Positions 14,285-26,998 of a stretch of 64,000 nt of DNA are shown here, piece by piece. A model generated the notes under the pieces. It had not been told where the DNA came from. It made no database searches and saw only the letters and a list, made by a program, of their open reading frames with translations. Every line of letters begins with the position of its first letter. Within the stretch, counting starts at the first letter, position 1. A program made the position numbers and the translations under genes. Source of the stretch: the human T2T-CHM13v2.0 reference genome, Homo sapiens. The stretch lies in NCBI RefSeq assembly GCF_009914755.1, contig NC_060946.1; one strand, given 5' to 3'.

Positions 14285-17200
14285 AAAGAGGGAAATTTAT
14301 AGCACTAATGTCCACATCAAAAAGCTAGAAAGGGCTGGGCGTGGTGGCTCATGCCTGTAATTCCAGCACTTTGGGAGGCTGGGGTAGGCAAATCACTTAA
14401 GGCCAGATGTTCAAGACCAGCCTGGAACACACAGCAAAACCCCACCTCTACAAAAAAAAATTCAAAAATTAGCTGGTTTTTGTGATGCACATCTGTAATC
14501 CCAGCTACTCAGGAAGCTGAGACAGAAGAAATCACTTAAAACTGAGAAGTGGAGGTTGCAGTGAGCAGAGATCATGCCACTGTACTCCAGCCTGGGTGAC
14601 ACAGTGAGACTCTGCCACAAGAAAAAAAAGAGAAACTAGAAAGATCTAAAGTTAACAGCCTAACATCTTGATTAAAAGAACTAGAAAACCAAGTGAAAAC
14701 TAACCAGAAAGGTAGCAAAAAACAAGAAATAACCAAGATCAAAGTAGAGCTGAAGGAGATAGAGACACTGAAAACTCTTCCAAAAAAAAAAAGTCAAAAA
14801 TCCAGGAGCTGTTTTATGAAAAAAATTAATAAACTAAATGGAACACTAGCTAGGCAAATAAATAAGAAAAGAAAGGAGAACCAAACACAATTAGAAATAA
14901 TAAGGGAGATATCATCACTGATCCCATGGAAATAAGAACAACCATCAGAGAACACTATAAACATCTGTATGCACATAAACCAGAAAATCTAGAAGAAATA
15001 GACAATTTCCTTGCAAAATAAACCCTACACAAGATTGAACCCTGAATAGATCAATAATGTGTTCTGAAATTGAGGCAGTAATAACTAGCCTACCAAGCAA
15101 GCTGAATTTGACCAGAGGTACAAAGAGGAGATGGTACCTTTTCTCTTAAAACCATCCAAAAAAAATTGAAGACAAAGAAGTTCTCTCTAACTCATTCTAT
15201 CAGGCCAGCATCATCCAGATACCAAAACCTAACATAGATACTACAACAACAGCAACAACAACAACACATCATGCCAATGTCTTTGGTAAACACTGTGCAA
15301 AAATCCTCAATAAAATACTGGCAAACCAAATCCAGCAGCACATTAAAAAGTTCATCCGCAACAATGGAGTTGGCTTTGTCCCCAGGATGCAAGGTTGATT
15401 CAACATATGCAAATCAATAAATGTGACTCATCACATAAAGAGAACTAAATAAAAAGCCACATGATTATCTCAATAAATGCAGAAAAAGCATCCAATAAAA
15501 TTCAGCATTCCTTCAGGTTTAAAATTCTCAATAACCTAGGAAGTGAAGAAACTTACCTGAAAATAATAAGAGCCATATACAACAAACCCACAGCCAATAT
15601 CATACTGAATGTGCAAAAGCTGGAAACGTTCCACCTGAAAACTGGCACAAGAAAAGAATGCCCTCTCTCACCACTACCATTCAATATAGTATCAGAAGCC
15701 TTGGCCAGGAAAATCAGGCCAGAGGAAGAAATAAAGAGTATTCTAATAGAAAGAGAGGAAGTCAAATTATCTTTGTTTGCAGATGACCTGATCCTACATC
15801 TAGAAAACCTCATTGTCTCAGGCCCAAAGCTTCTTAAGGTGATAAGCAACAGTAGCAAAATCTCAGGATATAAAATCAATGTGCAAAAGTAGCTAGCATT
15901 CCCATACACAAACAACAGGCAAGCAGGGAGACAAATCATGAATGAACTTTCATTCACATTTGCTACAAAGAGAAAAAAATACCTAGGAATACAGCTAAGA
16001 AAGAAAGTGAAGGACCTCTTCAAGGAGAACCACAAACAACTGCTCAGAGAAATCAGAGTGGACACAAAACAGATGGAGAAATATTCCATGCTCATGGAGA
16101 GGAAGAATCAGTATCATGAATATGGGCATATTGCCCTAAGTAATTCATAGATTCAATGCTATTCCCATTGAACTACTGACATTCTTCAGAGAATTAGAAA
16201 AATAAAAACTTTTAAAGTTCATATGGAACCAAAAAAGAGCCCAAATAGCCAAGCCAACCTTAAGAAAAAAAAAAAAAGCTGGAAGCGTCACTCTACCTAA
16301 CTTCAAACTATACTAGAAGAGTACAGTAACAAAAACAGCATGGTACTGGTATAGAAACAGACACATAGACAAATGAAACAAAGTAGAGAACCTAGAAATA
16401 AAGCCAAAAACCTACAACAACCTGATCTTTGACAAAGTTAACAAAAACAAAGAATTAGGGAAAGGTCTCCCTATTCAAAAAACGGTGCTAGGAGAACTGG
16501 CTAGCCATATGCAGAGAATTTAAACTGGAACCCTTCTTAACACCATGTACAAAAATTAACTCAAGATGGATGAAAGACTTAAATGTATAACCCAAAACTA
16601 TAAAACCCTTAGAAGAAAAAATCTAGATAATACCATTCAGGATATAGGCATGAGAAAAGACTTTATGACAGAAAGGCAAAAAGCTATAGCAACAAAAGCA
16701 AAAATTGACTAATAGGGTCTAATTAAACTAAAGAGCTTCTGCGGAGCCAAAGAAACTATCATCAGAGCAGACAACCTAGAGAATGGGAGAAAAATTATGC
16801 AACCTATCCATCTCACAAATGTCTAATATCCAGAATCTAGGAGGAATTTAACAAAATTTACAAGAGAAAAAAAAAGGCCCCATTAAAAAAGGGTCAAAGA
16901 ACATGAACAGACGTATCTCAAAAGAGGACATACATGTGCCCAACAAACATGAAAAGCTCAACATCACTGATAACTGGATAAATACAAATCAAAACCATAA
17001 TGACATACCATCTCACACAAATTATAATGGCTATTAATAAAAAGTAAAAAAAAAAAAAACAGGTGCTGGCGAGGTTGTGGAGAAAAGGGAACACTTTTAC
17101 ACTGTTGGTGGGAGTGTAAATTATTTCAAGCATTGAGGAAGAGAGTGTGGAGATTCCTCAAAGACCTAGAAGCAGAACTACCATTTGACCCAGCAATACC

Positions 17201-17783
17201 ATTACACCCAAAGGAAAATAAATAATTCTATTTTAAAAATACATGTATACAAATGTTCATTGCAGCACTATTTACAATAGCAACATCATGTAATCAATCT
17301 ACATGCCCATCAATGATACACTGGATAAAGGAAATGTGGTACACATACACCATGGAACACTATGAAGCCATAAAATGTAATGAGATGATGTCCTTTGCAG
17401 GGACATGGTTGGAATTTGAAGCCATTACTCCCAGCAAACTAATGCAGGAACAGAAAACCAAACACCACCTATTATTATTCTAACTTATTAGCAGAAGCAG
17501 ATCAATGAGAACATATGGACACATCAGGAAGAACAACACACACTGGACACCTGTTTCATGGCATGGGGGAGGGGAAGGAGAGCATCAGGAAGAATAGCTG
17601 CGGATGCTGGGCTTGGTACCTGGGTGATGAGATGATCTGTGCAGTAAACCACAGTGGTACGCATTTATGTATGTAAGAGACCGGCATACTCTGCACATGG
17701 ACCCCTAAACTTAAAATAAAAGTTGAAAAATAAACTTTATCACATATGGACCCCTGAACTTAAAATAAAACTTGAAAAAAAAA
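14285..17783 (+). mobile_element. 5'-truncated L1PA (older subfamily): ORF2 RT through 3'UTR, disabled
   Basis: ORF 15461-15892 reads [28 protein letters not shown] (L1 RT motifs); 3' end CCCCTGAACTTAAAATAAAA. Confidence 0.95.
14333..14630 (+). mobile_element. AluJ/S inside the L1
   Basis: GGCTGGGCGTGGTGGCTCATGCCTGTAA...; TSD-like CTAGAAAG. Confidence 0.9.
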
Positions 17784-17784
17784 A

Positions 17785-19750
17785 TGTGTTTCTGGTGGAT
17801 TCTCTATGTTAGACCCAAACTGAGGATCTTGAAGCTCTCGCTGGGGGAATCGGGGATGGGGGCACACTGGGGAGCCACTGCCAAGGCCAACCACCCTCCC
17901 TACAAGCCACCTCCCTTCCCGGCCAGTATGGAAAGAAGAAGGGGTATGTGAACAGCTGTGGAGGTCAGAATCTCGGGAACTGAATCAGGCCCCAGCCGAT
18001 GCCCCCCAGCCCAGTCCAGCCAGCGTGCTTGCCAGTCTTCCCACCCAGCCAGCCCAGCCCTCAGGATTGTTAGATGGAACAAGGCTCCATCATCACCCAG
18101 GCATGGAGGGAAGATGCCCTGGTCCTTACCAAGCAAGGCCTGGTTTCCAAAGTCCTCTCCGAAGAGGCCTCATGTTTGCCACATCTTAAAAGTCCCCTTT
18201 CTGCTGTTCTTGCACCCAGCATGTTGGACAGTTAAGTTCCCCCGCTGAGCAATCCACACATAAGGAGGGAGTCAACACCATTGCTATGTCGGATCAGCTC
18301 CAGCGTCTCCAATATCAGTTTTATCAGATCCCAGGAACCTGCCTGCTCCCAGAGGTGACAGAGAAAAATCAAGGAAGGATCTGTATGGCCACTGACCTGG
18401 ATGAAACCCTTGTGCATAGCTCCTTTAAGCCAATCAGCAATGCTGACTGCCTAGTGCCTGTAGAGCTTGAGGGGACCATGCACCAGATCCATGTGCTCAT
18501 GAGGCCTTATATGGATGAGTTCCTGACATGAATGGAGGAAATGTTTAAATGTGTTTCGTCATTGCTCTCTTCTTCCCAGCCTGAACAAGTAGGCAGATCC
18601 TGTGAAGGGTGAGCTGGACGGGTATGGGATGGTCTGGGGCTGCCTGTCCCATGAGTCATGTTTGTTTCACCAGGGCTGCTATGTCAAGGACATCAGCCAT
18701 CTGGGGAGGGACCTGAGGAAAACTCATCCTGGACAACTCGCCTGCTTCTTACATCTTCCACACAGAGAATGCAGTGCCTGTGCAGTCCTGGTTTGATAAC
18801 ATTCCAGACAGCAGCTGCTGCACCTGATATCATTCTTTGAGGAGATGAGTGGAGGAGCAGAGGGTGTCTACACTAGCCTTGGGCAGCAGTGGGCCCTTAG
18901 CCTTCCCTGCTTCCCAGCAATGGCCATCACAGTAGGGGATTTTCCCACACTGTGCCTCTATGATCAGCCTGAAAGAGTGAAGGCTGGAACACCTACCCAC
19001 ATGGGCCTGAAAAGAGTGAGAAGTGATTGAAAAGAGCTTTAGGACAGCTTAGATTCCCAGTGGGTGAATGCCAGACCAAGGATACCCAGAGCTACCTGCC
19101 ATCAAGTTGTTGGGTTCCCAAGATGTGGGTGTGAGAGAAAGAAAGAGAGCATGTGTGTTTTGTGATGAACTGTGGCCCCAAGTATATAGTGTTTCAGTAG
19201 GGGAGAAGCTGAAGGACAAAGACTCTTCCCAAGCTAGCTTGTCTCCTCTCCTGTCACCCTATGAGCCCCTGAGATCCATAGGGATGAAGAGTATTGAAGG
19301 CTCCATTGCAAACCTGGTCTTTCTACAGTGCTACAAGGCCTATGCCAAAGAGAAAGGAAAGGTACTTCTTTGGGTGTTCCAGGTACACATCTTTCTGAAA
19401 TATTTCTCCAGCCAGTTGTTGCAGACAAAAGACGACATTTCTGGGAAGATGGGGACTTATGTTCAGACGAGTACCCAAACTATCAGGTCTTCTGGTCCAA
19501 AGGCTATTTTTACTTACCTCTAGCCAAGTGCCTGGGATGGATCCTTCCTGCATCTCCCCAAGGCTCACCACTTAGCCATAGCCTCAAACCCGTGGGGAAG
19601 GAAGGTCTACCCGCCCTGCAAGAGGACAAATAACTGATTTTTGTTCATTTGACTCTGTTTTAAAATTCTCTTTAAAAAAAAAAAAACAAAAAAAAGAAAA
19701 AGAAAGCGTATCTGAAACTTAAAAAAAAAAAACAAGGAAAAAAGATGAAA
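17785..19750 (+). pseudogene. CTDSP2: Processed pseudogene of CTDSP2 (SCP2 small CTD phosphatase); former CDS 18074-18900 (symbol given is the parent gene)
   Basis: ATG at 18074 gives MEQGSIITQAWREDALVLTKQGLVSK; [31 protein letters not shown]; FHQGCYVKD; VYTSLGQ..TAG(18900). No introns, +1 frameshift near 18150, stop TGA 18529-18531, 3'UTR and A-rich tail. Outer limits approximate. Confidence 0.96.
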
Positions 19751-20034
19751 AAAATGACATACATAGGTGAAAAACACATAGATATATGTATAAGCAACAA
19801 ACACGGCTAATTCACATATAAATTAAATATCACATTGTCATAAAGTGTACCGAGTTAAAAAATTATCATTCAACTCATGATATCAAGCTTTAAAAGCAAA
19901 AATACAATTAACTGATCTGAGAAAACATACCCCCCCAAGAAAAGAAACACAACAACACAGAATTGAACATAAGAAGAGAGATTAAATGCAAAAAATCCTG
20001 AATACAACATAAATATACAATGAAAAATAAGCCC

Positions 20035-20332
20035 TTTTTTTTTTTTTTTTTTGAGACAGAGTCTCACCCTGTCGCCCAGGCTGTAGTGCAGTGGTGCCAT
20101 CTCAGCTCACTGCAAGCTCCGCCCACTGGGTTCACACCATTCTCCTGCCTCAGCCTCTCGAGTAGCTGGGAATACAGGCACCCACCACTATGCCCGGCTA
20201 ATTTTTTCTATATTTAGTAGAGACGGGGTTTCACCGTGGTAGCCAGGATGGTCTTGATCTCCTGACCTCGTGATCCACCCACCTTGGCCTCCCAAAGTGC
20301 TGGAATTACAGGCGTGAGCCACCATGCCGGGC
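20035..20332 (-). mobile_element. AluY
   Basis: GCAAGCTCCGCC, GGGTTCACACCATTCTC diagnostics; TSD TGAAAAATAA(G)CCC. Confidence 0.93.
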
Positions 20333-21584
20333 TGAAAAATAACCCTTTAGATATCTACAGCTTTAAACTGTGTGCAGTCATGAAAAGCAGACATTGGAAG
20401 TCATTGGCATTTAATAAATTGCAGAAAAATTATACAGTAAATACATTACAATCATTAATAATAGGCTCTAATGAGAAGAATTTAATAAATAATCATTAAA
20501 AAGACAGCAGAATTTTATCTGTTCTCAATATGTTGCTGCTCTTCTTATCAAATACTATAATAAAACTATATGACTATAATATAGCTTTCAGGAGCTAAAA
20601 AAAGCCTTATATTTTCAAATAAAAGAACAATATAAATTTTGCAAAATACAATGAGCATTACTGAAGTATAAAGTAAATATTTGGAATTAAAATATATGGT
20701 CATTTAGATACAGACTAAAAAAGAATAGAAATCTTAATGATTCCTTTCTGCCTACAGTGAGCTTAAAATTACAACCAAAAATTTTAACAAATATGTAGCA
20801 CCTACAAGAAATTTTATTAACAGCTTACATAATGTGTAAATTTGAGCAATTTATTTTAGAACTTTTGAATCTGAAAATCACCTGCTTGACATTCATTTGA
20901 GAAAGTGAAACATAAAGGAGAGTAACATAAGCAAGACGACAGAATGTGAGGTTCTGCATCCACATCCCCCACGACATAATGCAGCTGCCACAGCAAACAT
21001 AAGTGCATTCATGAAAGCCTTGGAATCCAGTTCAGAGTTTGTGGCACCCAGCTGGAGGCAAAGACCAAGGAAGACATTTTCAGAGGGTGAGCACTTGACC
21101 AAGTGGCAAGCTTGCCAATCATGGTCCCGGCTTCAAAACAGAATACTGCCACATCTTACTGTAGACTTGGCTATAACTCATTTGACCTTGGTCCTGCCAC
21201 TGCAACAATCTGTGAAAAACACAAGAGAATTCATACTCACCTGAGACTTAGGTGACAGGCCTGCAGAACTTGGTTCTCTCTATAGTCACTGAGTCAGGCA
21301 AAACACACCTTCTTTCCTTCTCCAGCCATGGTCTGGAAGAAATCTTCACATTGATATGATGAAATGCTAACTAACAATATGAAAAATACTAAAGTATAAA
21401 TGTCACTAAAATGGTAAATACATACTGAATTTCAGAATACTATAAATTGTTATCATCTTAAACTAGACTATTAAAATACAAGATGTTTTACCTAAGTCTC
21501 ATGATAACCACTAGGAAAAAAAAACTGCAGTAAAGAAAAAGAGAAAGTAATTAAAGCATACACAAACAACAAAAATTACACATT

Positions 21585-21805
21585 GGATATGGTGTCTCCT
21601 GCTTATAATTCCAACACTTTGGGAGGCCAAGGTGGAAGGATGAAATCTCCTTGGGTGTTGCGGTACGTGTCCAAGTAGTCCAAGCTACTTGGGTGGCTAA
21701 GGTGGGAGGATTATTTGAGCCCAGGAGGTTGAAGCTACAGTGAGCTGTGATATGCCACTGCACTTCAGTCTGAGCAAGAAAGCATAACTTTGTCTCAACA
21801 AAAAT
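21585..21805 (+). mobile_element. AluJ-like, internally deleted
   Basis: CACTTTGGGAGGCCAAGGTGG ... GAGCCCAGGAGGTTGAAGCTACAGTGAGCTGTGAT. Confidence 0.8.
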
Positions 21806-21946
21806 GAACAATACCACAGGAAAGACAGAACCAGAAAAAAAAGAAGCAAACTTAAAATGGACAGAAAACTACAAATTTACAATAGTAACTCCTTACCTAT
21901 CACTACCTTACAAATAAAAAGATTAAAGTATCTACTAAACAGATAC

Positions 21947-22316
21947 TGCTGTACACTGAATGTCATCTCCAAAATTTAGGATAAAATTTAATAGCCAACA
22001 TGTTAGAATTAAGAGGTGGAACCTTTAAAAATTAATTAAGCTCTAAGAACTCTGCCCTCATGAATGGATTAATGTTCTTATTATGGGAATGGGCTAATTA
22101 TAACAAGAATGGATCTGTTATATATTAAAAAAAAAAGCTCTCTCTCCCTCACATCTTTGTCTATGTTATTATCCAGCAACTAGACCTTCAACATATACCA
22201 GTATCATGTTGTTTTGGCTTCCCAGCCTCCAGAATCATAAGTCAAATAAAATTCTATTCTTTATTAATTACCAGTGTGTGATATTCAGTTATAGCAGCCA
22301 AAAGAGACTAAAGCAG
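21947..22316 (+). mobile_element. MaLR (MST/MLT1A-like) solo LTR
   Basis: CTCTGCCCTCATGAATGGATTAATG, CTTCCCAGCCTCCAGAA, GTTATAGCAGC end motif. Confidence 0.75.
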
Positions 22317-22880
22317 ACAGAGTGGATAAATTAATCTTTTAAACCTCATAATATGCTGCTTACAAGAGACTCAATTATGAATTAAGAGCATAGGCTAAAA
22401 GTGAAAGGATAGAAAATGATATTCCATGCAAACAATAACCAAAGGAGTGCAACGGTAATGCTTAAATTAGACAAAATAGACTTTCTAGCAATGTCTCTCA
22501 CAAGCATGAAATGAGTTTACCATACAATAATAATAGAGGTTAATTTCTCAAGAGAATATAGCTTTATATATTTATGCACCCAAAAGGGAGGCTTCTAAAT
22601 ATAAAAAGCAAATATTGCCAGAACTGTAGGGAGAAGTAGAAAGAAACCAAATAATAGAAAACTTTAATGAAATGTATAATAAAGGACATATAGTTAACAG
22701 CATTGTAAATTGGCAAGGGAAAGCTGGTCTCATGTGTTGCATTTGAGAATGCAGCAAAGAAAGTGGGAACTGATAATTTTACTGCAAGCCTGAGTTAGGA
22801 TGAAAAACAGGGTGGTCGATTAGAGGTTCCACTTGCCATACATTAAAAAAACACAGGAGAAAACCAGTCCTCCTCTGGAG

Positions 22881-23294
22881 TGTTAAAATAATTAAAGAGC
22901 AGAAAATTAGTCTAAAGTGGCTCTAGTGCCCTGTGTTCATAGGTAAAAAGCAAAAAACAAACAAAAAAAAATCTAAAACCTAACTCAAATATATTTCCTA
23001 TAAAACACTATCTTAGCCTGAAGCAAAATGCAGGTTTAACCCATGACAAACATGCAATTAACCTCTGAATATGTAACCAGGACATTTCCATCTGGATAGT
23101 TCAAATAAGGCTACCATATAACTGGAACCAATTCTTGAATTTGGGTTGCTTTCTCATGCATCTTATAAAAGCCTTTCCTTTATGCCCCTCTGGTGGACCA
23201 GAAATCATGGCTGGGTGCTTTCCATTTCACCAATCACTCTTTGTTCAGATAAACTGATGAACCTTTTAACATAGACTCCCGTTAATTTTTAACA
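22881..23294 (+). mobile_element. ERV1 solo LTR (MER93-like) in intron 1 of the ZNF-type unit
   Basis: TGTTAAAATAATTAA...GTGGCTCTAGTGCCCTG start, ...TTTTTAACA end. Confidence 0.65.
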
Positions 23295-23299
23295 AGAGA

Positions 23300-23940
23300 G
23301 ACTGGGGACCCCACGGGCCGCAGCTCCTCCCACGCAAACACCCAGTCGCGGTTTTTCCCTGATGACCCACCAGGCCTCCCTGAACAATCTGGGAAATACT
23401 CATGGCTGTGGGCGCAGAGCAGGGCGCTGCCCAGGGACAGGACCGGATGAGCCGGACGGGACGTGGGGCCCTCGCTGCTGGCCCAGCGGCCATCTTGCAG
23501 CCACAGGGGACTGAGGGCCAAGCTGCGGGAGACTCGGAGCTAACCGTGGGGAGGCCGGTCCTGCCGGTTTCACAGCCTGCTCTCCCCTCTCGGGATGGCG
23601 AACCCCGTATACTCACCATTTCCCAGCTTCCAGGATGTCCTGGCACCTTAACTATGCGTCCCCAAGGACCTACAGATCGCAGGGCAACAGGGGCTGTGAC
23701 AGAGTAGCCCAGGGCTCCCAAGGTGCAGGAGGCGAAAGCGGAGACGGATCCCAAGTTCCTGTGCCAGCGCCAGCGAGAGACACAGATCCCGCCAAATGCA
23801 GGAAGCCACGCCCTCCTCTCCTGTCCTCTCCAACTGCGCGCCTGATTGGGCGGTTCCCACATCAGTGTCAATGATTGGATAAAACTCCAGGACGCACCCA
23901 CCCGAGCCTGACTCCTGCCCTTACCCCCACTCCCCCTCAG
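23300..23940 (-). promoter_or_regulatory. CpG-rich KRAB-ZNF (ZNF91-family-type) promoter and first exon (exon ~23790 to 23617)
   Basis: Only CpG-retaining island in the window. Minus strand GGACATCCTGGAAGCTGGGAAATG|GTGAGT (ATG 23619-23617, donor 23616) is the canonical ZNF91-family exon-1 end; two CCAAT boxes (~23845, ~23875); YY1-like CAAGATGGCCGC at 23486-23497. Confidence 0.85.
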
Positions 23941-24757
23941 ACTTAGTGCACTTTTGTTAGTTTGTTTTTAAGTTCTGGAATACATGTGCAGAACGTGCAG
24001 GTTTGTTACATAGTTTTACATGTGCCATGGTGGTTTGCTGCACCTATCAACCTGCCATCTAGGTTTTAAGCCCCATATGCATTAGGTATTTGTCCTAATT
24101 TTCTCCCTCCCCTTGACCTCAACCCCTTAACAGGCCTTAGTGTGTGATCTTTGGCTCCAGGTGTCCATGTGTTCTCATTTTTCAACTCCCACATATGAGT
24201 GAGAACATATGGTGTTTGCTTTCCTGTTCCCGTGTTAGTTTGCTGAGGTTAATGGTTCCCAGCTTCATCCACGTCCCTGCAAAGGACATGAACTCATTCT
24301 TTTTATGGCTGCATATTATTTCATGGTGTATATGTGCCACATTTTCTTTTTCCAATCTATCAATGATGGGCATTAGGGTTGGTTCCAAGTCTTTGCTATT
24401 GCAAACAGTGGTGCAATAGACATATGAGTGCATGTGTCTTTATGCTAGAATGATTTATATTCCTTTGGGTATATACCCAGTAATGAGATTGCTGGATCAA
24501 ATGGTATTTCTGGTTCTAGATCCTTGAGGAATCACCACACTGTCTTCCATAATGGTTGAACTAATTTACACTCCCTCCAGCAGTGTAAAAGTGTTTCTAT
24601 TCCTCCACAGCCTCACCAGCATCTGTTGTTTCCTAACTTTTTAATAACTGCCATTCAACATGGTGTGAGAAGGTATCCCATTGTGGTTTTGATTTGCATT
24701 TCTCTAGTCTCCAGTGATGATGAGCTTTTCTCTTTTTTGTGTTTGTTGACCACATAA

Positions 24758-25191
<434 letters not shown>

Positions 25192-26734
25192 AAATATCTT
25201 CTTTTGAAAAGAGTCTGTTTATATTCTGTGCCCACTTTTTGATGGTTTTTGTGTGTGTGTGTGTGAATTTGTTTAAGTTCTTTGTAGATTCTGGATATTA
25301 GACCTCTGACACATGGATAGAGTGCAAAAATTTTCTTTCACTCTGTAGGTTGCCTGGTCACTCTGGTGATAGCTTCTTTTGCTGTGCAGAAGCTCGTTAG
25401 TTTAGTTAGATCTCATTTGTCAATTTTAGCTTTTGTTGTGATTGCTTTTGGTATTTTATTCATGAAGTCTTTGCTCATGCCTATGTCCTGAATGGTATTG
25501 CCTAGGTTTTCTTCTAGGGTTTTTATGGTTTGGTGTTTTACATTTAAGACTTTAATCCATCTTAAGATAATGTTTGCATAAGGTGTAAGGAAGGGGTACA
25601 ATTTCTGTTTTCTGAATGTGGCTAGCCAGTTCTTTCAGCACCATTTGGTAAGTAGGAAATCTTTCCCCATTGCTTGTTTTTGTCAGGTTTGTCGGAGATC
25701 AGATGGTTGTAGATGTGTGATGTTATTTCTGAGGCCTCTGTTCTGTTCCATTTGTCTATATATCTGTTTTGGTATCAGTACTGTGCTGTTTTGGTTACTG
25801 TAGCCTTGTAGTATAGTTTGAAGTCGGGTAGCAGGATGCCTCAAGCTTTGTTGTTTTTGCTTAGGATTGTTTTGGGTTGACAGGCAAACAGGCTCCTATA
25901 TTTGGGGTCACGTGCCCAGAGTATCACAGCTAATTCAGACGTGAGCTGAGACTTGAAATGCACGTGCTCTTTCCCTTACCTGGGTCTGTTGTATAATGCA
26001 TCTTAGCAGCTATGTAACAGTAGGAATTAGAATATTTAGACATCTTTTTAGCAACTTTTTAACCTGCATTTTTGTAACGTGGTAAAGACCTTCATCCCAT
26101 CCCTGAGCCCCTCTCTCACAACACTGCACCCCACTGCTGACCACACTGTTGTGTGACCATTAGGAATCGGGGGGCAGCGGGGGCTGGAAATAAATAAGAA
26201 AGGATTATGTTTCCCAAATTTGCTCACCTTAGAAAGTCTCCTCAACCATTCTGTGTGAGGTGATTTTTCCAAGGTAATTGTGCCCTGACTGCGCTGGATG
26301 TCAGTGTGTCTTGTCTTTTTGAAAATCACTGGATTACTCTCATGAACGGAGTATTTCTCTTTCTATTTGAAAATGGTCAACTGTCCTCTGCAGGTGTCCT
26401 GACTTGCTAGTTTAGACCCTGAAGGTAGCGGTGAGAAAATATTTGGGCCACATCAGAATACCTATTCTCAGCTGGAGGATATATAGAAATTTCTTAATAA
26501 TATCTAACCATTTTCTCAATAACCATTATATTTAACATTGATAGCTTGGAAGGCAGGGAAGGACACAGATGGCACAATCTTCAAAGTTTAATTTAGTTAT
26601 CAGGTTTTTTTTTTGTTCTTGCTTAGTTTTGCTTAGTTTTTGGATACAAGGTCTTGCTCTGGTGCCCAGGCTGGAGGGCAGTGGCATAATGATAACTCAT
26701 AATTTGGTTGTAACGGTTCTTTAAAATATATTTT

Positions 26735-26998
26735 TGCCGAGAGTGCTAGCTCATACCTGTAATCTAAACACTTTGGGTGGCCAAGGTGGGATGATCGCTT
26801 GATCCCAGGAGTTCAAGACGAGTCTGAGCAACATAAGTAGACTCAGTCTCTAGAAAAATATTTAAAAATTGTCTGGGTGTAGCTTTGCATGCCTGTAGTC
26901 CCAGCTACTTGAGAGGCTGATTTGAAAGCATCACTGGAGCCTAAGAATTTGAAGATGCAGTGACCCATGATTCAGCCACTGCATTGACAGAGTGAGAT
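26735..26998 (+). mobile_element. AluJ-like (an antisense Alu fragment lies just upstream, ~26625-26700)
   Basis: GATCGCTTGATCCCAGGAGTTCAAGAC..., GCCTGTAGTCCCAGCTACTT. Confidence 0.8.

Noticed and set aside
15461-16150. 143-aa RT-like ORF and 180-aa antisense ORF
   Set aside because: Fragments of a disabled L1 ORF2 and its shadow frame, not a host gene or active element.
18286-18531. 81-aa ORF retaining the DLDET phosphatase motif as a functional mini-protein
   Set aside because: Upstream frameshift and a premature stop remove most of the FCP1/HAD domain.
23266-23901. Longest ORF (211 aa, minus) and overlapping ORFs
   Set aside because: Product of the GC-rich promoter; it reads through the exon-1 donor into intron 1 and has no recognisable domain.
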